Source: Bacteroidota bacterium
GTDB lineage: Bacteria; Bacteroidota; Bacteroidia; Bacteroidales; UBA10428
Reading direction: 5' to 3'
NCBI GenBank assembly: GCA_003252385.1
Contig: QKEH01000008.1
Coordinates: 7,967 to 71,966, forward strand
Length of the DNA: 64,000 bases
A program made the position numbers and the translations under genes. The notes below the pieces were generated by a model. The model searched no databases, had not been told where the DNA came from, and saw only the letters and a program-made list of their open reading frames with translations. Shown here one piece after another: positions 9,416 to 17,904 of this stretch; position 1 is the stretch's first letter; each line of letters begins with the position of its first letter.

Positions 9416-9778
9416 ATGTTAAAAAAAAGTACGGATGAACCGGTTTGCGTGTTAGATTATGCCTTTAGACGCATAGGTGGCAAATACAAAGGACGAATTC
9501 TTTGGTATATTCATAAGAGAGACGGTGTTCTGCGATATGGTGAGCTCAAAAAAATGATCCGTAATATCACCTCAAAAATGCTTACGCAAACTCTGCGCGA
9601 ACTGGAAGACGATCAACTGATTAAGCGAAAAGTATATCCCGAAGTGCCCCCCAGGGTTGAATATTCGCTAACTGAGAGTGGACAAAGCCTGATCCCGCTG
9701 ATCGATCATTTAGGCGCCTGGGCCACCGAACAGTTGAAAAAAGAGAACCATCCTCTGATCTATTCTGTTTCAGATTAA
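9416..9778 (+). CDS. HxlR-family winged-helix transcriptional regulator
   Basis: Carries C..DYAFRRIGGKYKGRILWYI...LRYGELKK...ITSKMLTQTLRELEDDQLIKRKVYPEVPPRVEYSLTESG, the canonical HxlR/DUF24 pattern. It is divergent from an oxidoreductase, which is a common pairing. Confidence 0.85.
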   Translation: MLKKSTDEPVCVLDYAFRRIGGKYKGRILWYIHKRDGVLRYGELKKMIRNITSKMLTQTLRELEDDQLIKRKVYPEVPPRVEYSLTESGQSLIPLIDHLGAWATEQLKKENHPLIYSVSD

Positions 9779-9977
9779 AGGTATCCATACCCATTACTTC
9801 AACATGGTATAAGCAACCAGTACAATCATTTGCTCACTTGTTCTACTTTAACACATTCGGAAAACCCAACAATTTTTACCCTTAAAGCCAATTGTCGGAT
9901 TTTCCTCTTTACTCCCTTTAGAGCCGGGGCAAAGAGGAAAATCAGAACAATTTTAAAATCTGTCAAAGTGCACTATG

Positions 9978-10023
9978 ACAAAAATACCCCGTACTTTTGT
10001 TACCTATTAAAAGTGCGGGGTAT
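9978..10023 (-). terminator. intrinsic terminator candidate for the minus-strand hydrolase gene
   Basis: A 15-bp stem (9984-9998 / 10009-10023, one G-U pair) with a 10-nt loop, followed on the minus strand by a short T-run (plus-strand A80-A83). It lies 67 nt past the reconstructed stop at 10090. Confidence 0.5.
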
Positions 10024-10089
10024 CCCAACTATTTGCTTGCAGCCCTGACTCAACTAATTTGAACTACTAGAGCACTGTTCTGCGGGCGG

Positions 10090-13000
10090 TTAGTGTTCCA
10101 CCCGAAGCAATATGGTTTGAATCCTTTCATTCTCATCAACCGCAATAACATACAAACCTTCAGGTATATCAGCTACCGAGATTTGGGCTGTACAGCTGCC
10201 GTATAGAACATCACAATAAAGCTCCTGCCCCATAAGGTTGTAGAGATGAATCGAACATTCTGAATGCCAGAAAGATACACCATTTCGCTGGCCGGATTGG
10301 GATAGCTATAGATCTTATCCGCATACAGCGCATCTGTTAAACCATCCTCTCCGGGTATGGAATCATCCGGTACCGGATTTTTGAATTTTATGGGAAACTG
10401 GGAACTATTCAAATCACCTCCTGCGGAGGTACTCAAGGTAGCAAAGAGGAAATAGAAATTACCGGTTGACAATTCAGAGGTAGGTAATGGCACACTGGAA
10501 GTGGGCACCCGAACGGTTATCGTTCCGGATTCGGTTCCGTTCGCTTCTGTTGCATTGACAATAAGATCGGGCATAACGCTGCTTAGCACCCTCCAACTGC
10601 TTGTATTCTCTATAAGCCGCAACCAAACTCGAAGTCCATCGGTAACCACAGTGTTACCAGTACCCGCGTGGTAAGCTATTTGTACGTCCATAGTATCCCC
10701 TATAATCAAAGTATCGCTGGTATGGGTAGATACAAAACTCAGTGAAGCTGAAACCGGTGCAGCAACGCTCAGGCTGCAGGTACGTGAATAATTGCTATCG
10801 TCGGATCGGACGGAAATAACCGTTTCACCCACAGCCACTGCGTTTACCAAGCCCAGATTGTTAACCGTTGCCACAGCCGGCATACTCGATAACCAATGCA
10901 AGGTATCGTTGGTGGCATCCGACGGATACAGCGTTGCCATCATCTGACGGGAGCCAGCTGGATACTATCCACCGGCACGGGTACCAGCTCAGTCTGAACC
11001 GTAACCTGGCAACTGTCTTTAAATCCACCATCGGCAGTGGTAGCAATAACATAGGCACCCCCCTCCGATATTCCGGTTATTTCACCGGAAATTTCGTCAA
11101 CAGTTACAATTCCGGTATCATCGGAGTTCCAGAGCACAATGGGGTTACTGGCATTATCGGGGTCAACCTGGGCATACAACTGCCTGCGTTGACCTACACC
11201 AGTGGCAATGGTTCCGGGCGATACGCTGACGCCACTTACCGGAACATCCCAAGTGCGGTGAATGGGTCGGCTGAAAGAATAAACCCGCATCGACACACTA
11301 CTAACATGTCCCCCATCATCGGGAAACGTTACTTGAACGCTGTTAGTACTCTGAAGCAAGGCATAGGAAAATGGAATTTCCAAAACACCAAAGAAACTGG
11401 AACGGTCGGTTTGCGGATCGCCCCTGAAGTTGCTTGGAACATCAATAGCTACACCATTCAGAGTAACCACTGGATGCAATGAACGATTGTGATTGCGACC
11501 CACGCCTAACCGAAGCGTGGCTTCGCCCTGGTCTCCGGTTACCACTCCCGCAAAGGTAAATTCCATGGGCGTATTGGCGACGATAGGCCGCAACATTTGT
11601 TCTGCATAATATTTTTTCTCATCGGAAGTATCATTCTCCAGTATGGTACTGGCATAGGTATAGGCTACAATATAAGTTCCTTCGGGAGCTATGGTTAGCA
11701 TATCGGGTGCTTGTGCCTGAATCGTTTCAGTCAGTACCGGAGCATCGGAATCAGTGGTTCCGTTAAGGTAAAGCTGCCTGATTTTCACCGCGCTTAAACT
11801 GCTACCGGCTCCATTCAGGTTCACATACAAATCGTGACTCACAAAATCGAGATTATTCAGGATAACGTAAACAGTATTTCCATCAACATAGGCATCGGTC
11901 ATAATATCCGGATTTTGAGACCGGGCATCAACCCGCAAACCCTTCACTTCGGACCAAAGCTGATAGGTTTTAACCATATCGGAATACACCCAGGTTCCGG
12001 TGTAGCTTACCGGTTCGTCCATTCTGCGCATCAACCGGTGGTTGTAGGTGTCATTTACCCCAGTGGTTCCCCAGATGGATTTAACCGTTAGGAAATTTAT
12101 GGCTCGGTTAATGATATTGGCACGTTCCATAAACTGCATCATCATGGAATTCACCGATTTCAGATGCAACCAGTCGCGATAGGGCGACCAGGCACCAAAA
12201 TAATCGTGCATCTGGGCTCCAAACTCCGATACCATAATGGGTTTCACCACCCCAAAAGACAGGTAGCTATATTGCTCCATCATATCCAGGGTGGCTTCCA
12301 TGTTACTACCCTTCCGGTACATTTGCTGTCCACCATTGATCGATGGAAAATCGTACAAATGGATAGTCCAGAAATCCATGTAAGTGCCGCTCATATCCAT
12401 AAAAAGTTTCCACCTGTCGTTCCACCGACCAAAATCATTTAGCTCGAAATCGGGGAAAGCGGTACAATACCCCCCAATCTGAACATCGTGATTGAAACGG
12501 CGAATTTGCGTTGCCACGGCATTATGGAAACGAAAAACCTCTTCGGGTTGGTGACTGCCATAATCCACTAAATGCCACAACGGCTCGTTGATCACTTCGG
12601 CATATAACGGCTTGGGTTGACCATTGGTGCCTCCGGAACCATACGCCCTGGCCAGCCAACGTCCATAGGCTTCGCCGGTTGCAGTACCAAAAGGTTCCGA
12701 CTCACTATTGGTTTGCGAAAATGCCCATCCCTGAGCGGTGGTTTGACCATCCGGATAAAACGGATGAAGCTGGGCACAAATAATCTGATCGTTACGTGCT
12801 TCGTAACTGTGCCAACTGGCATTGGAAATATAACTGGATTTGCTCTGACTTGCATAATTAGCCAGACTGACGGAATCAGCAAAACCATCCCTGTTAGCAT
12901 CTTCAGTAATCACGTTATTAATGTACCAGGTGATGCTGCCGGTATTACGACCCAAATACACATCGTAACCATTTAAAAAATCATCCCGCAGATCGCTGGT

Positions 13001-13210
13001 AAAGTTTGGCCCTGCTCCGGAACCATATCCTTCGTCCCATTCGTTCTCCACTACATCCGAATGTATGGCCACAAACTTGTTACGGTCAAAACGGGTGACG
13101 GTGTCCAACACGTGTTGAACATCCAAATTTACATCGATTTGGACATCTGCGGCTCCTACACCGGAAACCACTGCCATAATACCCCCTAATACACTTACAA
13201 CTCTTTTCAT
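10090..13210 (-). pseudogene. clan GH-A (beta/alpha)8 glycoside hydrolase, agarase/porphyranase-like (GH86/GH50-like), with Big_2 domains and a T9SS C-terminal domain; broken by two frame shifts
   Basis: Has a signal peptide MKRVVSVLGGIMAVVSGVGA and a YAEVINEPLWH motif (NEP acid/base typical of clan GH-A). A Big_2 domain spans the 10940 junction between ORFs 10940..13210 and 10173..10943. The T9SS CTD starts YPNPASEMVYLSG in one frame. It continues IHLYNLMGQELY...ISVADIPEGLYVIAVDENERIQTILLRVEH* in another frame, ending at 10090. Confidence 0.7.
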
Positions 13211-13330
13211 AGCATTTGATTTTAAAACTGACTTATCGAAAAAACAGAGTAGCTGCTGGAGGTTTCATTCTAAGTTACATCATTGTAAATTAAATTGCAC
13301 AATTAACAATAATTATATACCAAACATACG

Positions 13331-13358
13331 TTTGATTAACGATTCGCTCGTACATTTG
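13331..13358 (+). promoter_or_regulatory. Bacteroidota sigma-A-type promoter candidate (TTTG -33, TACATTTG -7)
   Basis: TTTG at 13331-13334 and TAnnTTTG at 13351-13358, 20 nt upstream of the ATG at 13378. Confidence 0.35.
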
Positions 13359-13377
13359 CGCCTGAACGTAAACTCCC

Positions 13378-14088
13378 ATGTTAAGTATATCGCCGATATA
13401 TGGTCATTTCATGGTCCTGAGCATTCAGGGATCCCATGCCCATGCTTTCCTGGGGGGTGTGCTCTTCCTGGTTTTCGGGTTGCTATTTGGCTTGTTGTTC
13501 TCGCTCCCCATGGGTCCCATTGGTATTCTCTGCCTGAACCGCAACATCGACTATGGCTTCCGGAATGGGTTGCTTAGCACGCTGGGCATGAACCTGGCCG
13601 ATTGCATATACATCTGTATTGCCGGACTGGGTTATAGTGCCGTGAATCTTTACATCAAAGACCATTTTGGATGGATCAAGCACCTTGGGATTTTTGCCTT
13701 GTTTTGCATTGGTTTACTCATGCTTTTACCCAAGAAATCGGGAAAGACCCGGGAATCTAAAGCAAGCAAAAGCACCCACCCGGCGATCCATTTCATTTCG
13801 GCATTCTTACTAACACTCACCAATCCGGCACCGTTCTTCATTTTCATCAGTGCATTCTCCTATGCCAATAGTCTTTTCGGGAAATTTTCGTCGACCCCAC
13901 CTGTTTGGATTATGCTGGGTAGTATGTTGGGAATTATCAGCTGGTGGACCGGATTAAACGTCATAGTACACCGGCATGGCCAGTATATAAGCCCGGAGAA
14001 GCTGCTGGCCGTACGACGCATTTCCGGAGTGGTTATTATTTGCATTTGCCTGATTGCCACCTTCGGCACCCGATTCAAATTAGGCTAA
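13378..14088 (+). CDS. LysE/RhtB-family amino acid exporter
   Basis: A multi-TM protein with the family N-terminal pattern GLLFSLPMGPIGILCL and ~210-235 aa length. The exact start is uncertain. Confidence 0.65.
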   Translation: MLSISPIYGHFMVLSIQGSHAHAFLGGVLFLVFGLLFGLLFSLPMGPIGILCLNRNIDYGFRNGLLSTLGMNLADCIYICIAGLGYSAVNLYIKDHFGWIKHLGIFALFCIGLLMLLPKKSGKTRESKASKSTHPAIHFISAFLLTLTNPAPFFIFISAFSYANSLFGKFSSTPPVWIMLGSMLGIISWWTGLNVIVHRHGQYISPEKLLAVRRISGVVIICICLIATFGTRFKLG

Positions 14089-14198
14089 TCCTCTTTCCCT
14101 TTCTTTCTCCATAGCTATGTTTGTTTAAGTATTCAAAACAGTTGGATATTTGCAGAATAAATTATACCTAGCGGTAGACATCTGACAAATATTTTACC

Positions 14199-15401
14199 AT
14201 GACCAATTACTTTAAACAGTACCCTGATGCGGAAGGGTTCTTCAAAGGGTATGGAGGCAGTTTTATACCTCCCAATCTAATGGAAGAAATGGAACGTATA
14301 AACAACGCCTATCATGCCATTAGTAAATCGCACAATTTTATCTCCGAACTCAGGAGCATCCGAAAACACTACCAGGGGCGACCTACTCCGGTGTATTATT
14401 GCAACCGTTTATCGGAAAAATATGGCGGACGCATTTACCTGAAACGTGAAGACCTGAACCATACTGGTGCCCACAAATTAAACCACTGCATGGGCGAAGC
14501 CCTGCTGGCCAAATACATGGGTAAAAAACGACTTATTGCCGAAACCGGCGCCGGACAGCATGGCGTGGCTCTGGCCACTGCAGCCGCCTATTTTGGACTG
14601 GAATGCGAAATTCATATGGGCGAGGTGGACATTGCCAAAGAACATCCCAACGTGGTGCGCATGAAAATTCTTGGAGCCAAAGTAGTTCCTGTTACCCATG
14701 GCCTTAAAACTTTGAAGGAAGCGGTAGATTCAGCCTTCGAATCGTATCTTAAAGATCCGATTAACACCATTTACTGTATCGGTTCGGTAGTTGGCCCCCA
14801 CCCCTTCCCGATGCTGGTTCGCGATTTTCAACGCGTAGTGGGTATTGAGGCAAAAGAACAATTCTTTGAAATGACCGGGGAACAACCCGATCATGTTGTG
14901 GCCTGTGTTGGCGGTGGAAGCAACGCTATGGGGATCTTCTCTGCCTATATCGAAGATGAGGATGTCCAACTCTATGGCGTTGAACCGGGTGGCCGATCGG
15001 TTACCAAAATTGGCGAACACGCCGCCACCATGTCGTTTGGAAAGCCGGGAATGATTCATGGTTTTAAATGCTACCTTCTGCAGGACGACAAAGGGGAACC
15101 CGCCCCCGTATATTCTGTAGCCAGTGGACTGGATTATCCGGGTGTTGGACCGGAGCACAGCATGCTTAAAGACCTGAAACGCGTTAACTATGTAGTGGCT
15201 TCGGACAAGGAATGTATTGATGCCTTTTACCAACTGAGCCGTTTGGAAGGTATTATCCCGGCACTCGAAAGTGCCCATGCCGTGGCCCACGCCCTGAAAC
15301 TGGCTAAAGAAAACCCCACCAGTGCCACACTGGTAAACCTCAGTGGCCGTGGCGACAAGGATATCGATTTTGTGGTAGATACTTACGGACTCCCCGATTA
15401 A
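14199..15401 (+). CDS. trpB: tryptophan synthase beta chain (TrpB1 type)
   Basis: Carries [15 protein letters not shown] (PLP lysine), [20 protein letters not shown] and NLSGRGDKD. It appears collinear with my recalled E. coli TrpB sequence across its length. No trpA is adjacent. Confidence 0.9.
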   Translation: MTNYFKQYPDAEGFFKGYGGSFIPPNLMEEMERINNAYHAISKSHNFISELRSIRKHYQGRPTPVYYCNRLSEKYGGRIYLKREDLNHTGAHKLNHCMGEALLAKYMGKKRLIAETGAGQHGVALATAAAYFGLECEIHMGEVDIAKEHPNVVRMKILGAKVVPVTHGLKTLKEAVDSAFESYLKDPINTIYCIGSVVGPHPFPMLVRDFQRVVGIEAKEQFFEMTGEQPDHVVACVGGGSNAMGIFSAYIEDEDVQLYGVEPGGRSVTKIGEHAATMSFGKPGMIHGFKCYLLQDDKGEPAPVYSVASGLDYPGVGPEHSMLKDLKRVNYVVASDKECIDAFYQLSRLEGIIPALESAHAVAHALKLAKENPTSATLVNLSGRGDKDIDFVVDTYGLPD

Positions 15402-15463
15402 CCCTAAACGGAAGGCAGGAAGGGGTGAAAACTTAGTCTGTGAATATCGAAATTCAGAAATAG

Positions 15464-15493
15464 AAAAAACCGGTAGGTGACACCGGTTTTTTT
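15464..15493. terminator. bidirectional intrinsic terminator between convergent trpB and comA
   Basis: AAAAAACCGGT-aggtgac-ACCGGTTTTTTT. The stem is palindromic, with an A-run on one side and a T-run on the other. Confidence 0.75.
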
Positions 15494-15533
15494 ATGGGTT
15501 ACTATTTGATATGGAAACGGGTTACACTGCTTA

Positions 15534-16355
15534 TTAGATCTGAAAATCGAGATAAGGAATGTGATCGTAACTTTTTTGCTTCTGATTTTGTTCTTCCCGG
15601 GGCAGATAATCGAAGAAAGTATCGCCGCGTAAGCCCAGTCGCAAGCATTCCAGCGGAACCACAATATTGGGGGCTATATTTCCCAAATTCACGTTGGGTC
15701 CAAAAAGCTTCACAAACCACACCTGCTGTTTTCCATCCGGGGCTTCCCAAAGGATATCACTCACATCCAACTGAGAAGAAATGGTGCTTATTAAACTTTC
15801 GTTGGCCGAACCATCGCTGTTATAAATACCAATGGTACCACTCTCACGGGCTTCGGCAATTACCTTGTAGGAACCGGCTTCCAGTTCAGCCTTCATCATA
15901 CTTACCCAGGCATTGGCCGGAATAAATACACCCCGCTGCTTGGAACCCACTTCCGACAAAACGGTTGCCTGCGTGGCCAGGGTCCGGATGTATTCCAACT
16001 TATCGTTATGATCCATGCTCATGGAGCCATCGGACACTTCCACCAAATCCAGCCCATACTTATCCACTAGTTTCCGATAGTCGTCTACCCGGTTACGAAT
16101 AGCAAATGCCTCAAACAAGGTACCGCCGAAATAGGGTCGGATATTGGCTTCGCGGTACAATTTCAACTTATCTTCGAGCCGGTTGGTAATGGCCGAAGTG
16201 CCAAATCCCAGCTTCACAAAATCGGTATACGCACCGCTCGATTCAATAAAATCTTCGGCTTCCCGAACGCTCAGCCCTTTATCCATCATCATGGTCAGGC
16301 CATTCTTCCTGGGCTTTTCGGGCCGATCAGGAATATAAGGTAACTTAAAATTCAT
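15534..16355 (-). CDS. comA: (2R)-phospho-3-sulfolactate synthase (ComA family)
   Basis: Close collinear match by eye to my recalled archaeal ComA sequence: DKGL...FVKLGFGTSA...GGTLFE...VEVSDGS...EVG.K...ARESG...NLGNIAP...LE.LR.GLRGDTF. Confidence 0.85.
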   Translation of the reverse strand: MNFKLPYIPDRPEKPRKNGLTMMMDKGLSVREAEDFIESSGAYTDFVKLGFGTSAITNRLEDKLKLYREANIRPYFGGTLFEAFAIRNRVDDYRKLVDKYGLDLVEVSDGSMSMDHNDKLEYIRTLATQATVLSEVGSKQRGVFIPANAWVSMMKAELEAGSYKVIAEARESGTIGIYNSDGSANESLISTISSQLDVSDILWEAPDGKQQVWFVKLFGPNVNLGNIAPNIVVPLECLRLGLRGDTFFDYLPREEQNQKQKSYDHIPYLDFQI

Positions 16356-16361
16356 ACTTAA

Positions 16362-17771
16362 TTAATTTTTAAACTTTCGAATCAGGCTCTTCAGATAGGG
16401 ATAGTCTAACACCACTGGATGCTTCTCGATTAATTCCTCGTGTTCTTCAAAATTAATGCGTAACGCTTTCTCAAAATAGTCTTTTGCCAGCCCGGGTTGC
16501 CGGTTGTACAAATGGTAAACGGCCAGATGGTAATTAATGGTTGAATTGTCGCGATTGCAGACGTAGGCTTTATGGAGTAATTCAATAGCTTCAGTTAAAC
16601 GACCTCCCTCATAATGTATCTCGGCATTGGCCAACCAGGCTTCGTAATCGTTCGGATCCAGCTCCGTAGCTTGATGGTACGACTCGGCCGATTTATCCAG
16701 AACTTTAATTTTTCGGTAGGCTTCTCCCAGCATAAACCAGTAGTCGGGGTTTTCTGGATCGCATTTCCGCGCGCGTTGGAAAAAATCGACCGAATGTTGG
16801 TATTGATCCAAATTGAAATACGCCATTCCCATTCCATACCAGGCATCGCCAAAGCATTTATCCAAACGGATGGCTTTCCGGTAGAAGAACTTAGCCTTCT
16901 TGTAAAGCCCCAACTTATCGTAGCACTCTCCAATATAAGTGTATGCCTGTGTATTGTCGGGTTCCAGCAATACAATTTCCTCGAAAGTGGCAATGGCTTC
17001 CTGGTATCTTTCGCTGTTCACCTGGGTATTGCCCTTGCTGAACAGAGCCGAAGTATAGTTCGGGCTGATAGCAATGGCAAAATCGTAGGCTTCAATGGCT
17101 TTTTCGTACTGTTCGTTGCTCGAATACACCATTCCTAAGCTGAACCATACCTGTTCCGAAAAGGGATCGATATCCAGAAATTTTTTATAGAAACGAATGC
17201 TTTCGGGCAATTTGTCGGTTTTTTCATACACCAAAGCCAACTCATGCAACACGGACAAATTCTCCGGATTAATTTCGTAGGCCAGTAAAAGGTATTTAAT
17301 GGCCAGGCTGTATCGACGGGTATTTAAATACGAATAGGCAATAGTAAAAATAACCTCGTCTTTATCGTCTTGAGCCAGTCCAATAGCCCGATCAAACGAA
17401 TAATAGGCTTCTTCTTTCTTGCCCAATACGTTTAATGCGGTTCCCTTTAACAAATGGAAATCGCAGTTCAGATTCTCCATAAATTCAATCTCTCTCAGAA
17501 AGGTAAGTCCCTTGGAGGGTTTACCCTGCTGAATGTACGATTGAGCCAGGCGCAGTTTTAGCGATGATGAACCGGGGTGTTGCTTGAGTCCTTTCTCGAT
17601 GGCACACTGGGCATTATTGAAACTGTGCTGATCCAGATAGTAATCGATAATATACTCAAATTCAAACACATCGAAAAAACAAGAGTCGTTTCGGTTCACC
17701 ATATCTTCGTATCGATTGATCGATTCAAAGATATTTTCATCTTCAAAGTAAGAGTCGTAATTTTCTTCCAT
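16362..17771 (-). CDS. tetratricopeptide-repeat protein
   Basis: Repeated 34-aa TPR-like units (A..Y..AL.I.P.N..A...LG) run across 469 aa. The start of this gene lies 7 nt... correction: it lies 7 nt upstream of comA on the minus strand (its stop at 16362, comA start at 16355). Confidence 0.75.
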   Translation of the reverse strand: MEENYDSYFEDENIFESINRYEDMVNRNDSCFFDVFEFEYIIDYYLDQHSFNNAQCAIEKGLKQHPGSSSLKLRLAQSYIQQGKPSKGLTFLREIEFMENLNCDFHLLKGTALNVLGKKEEAYYSFDRAIGLAQDDKDEVIFTIAYSYLNTRRYSLAIKYLLLAYEINPENLSVLHELALVYEKTDKLPESIRFYKKFLDIDPFSEQVWFSLGMVYSSNEQYEKAIEAYDFAIAISPNYTSALFSKGNTQVNSERYQEAIATFEEIVLLEPDNTQAYTYIGECYDKLGLYKKAKFFYRKAIRLDKCFGDAWYGMGMAYFNLDQYQHSVDFFQRARKCDPENPDYWFMLGEAYRKIKVLDKSAESYHQATELDPNDYEAWLANAEIHYEGGRLTEAIELLHKAYVCNRDNSTINYHLAVYHLYNRQPGLAKDYFEKALRINFEEHEELIEKHPVVLDYPYLKSLIRKFKN

Positions 17772-17904
17772 AATCCTTCTTCACTCGATGATGAAACTAA
17801 ATTACTAATAAAAGCTGCCGATAGCAGGAGCAGATATTAACAGTTTCATCTTGATATCTTCTGTATAGGGTGTGGTTGGTGGGGTTGAGGTCGTTAATAA
17901 TTAA

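Noticed and set aside
9830-10048. A 72-aa ORF in the hxlR-hydrolase gap
   Set aside because: It spans the two hairpins described above and starts at a non-ATG codon, so it is most likely non-coding.
10105-10130. A tRNA T-loop-like string GGTTTGAATCC
   Set aside because: It lies inside the reconstructed T9SS CTD coding frame, and no acceptor or anticodon stems can be drawn around it.
10868-11482. A 204-aa plus-strand ORF inside the hydrolase locus (and similar ones at 11834, 12164 and 12617)
   Set aside because: They are antisense to the GH gene, whose minus-strand translation carries the signal peptide, NEP motif and Big_2 domains.
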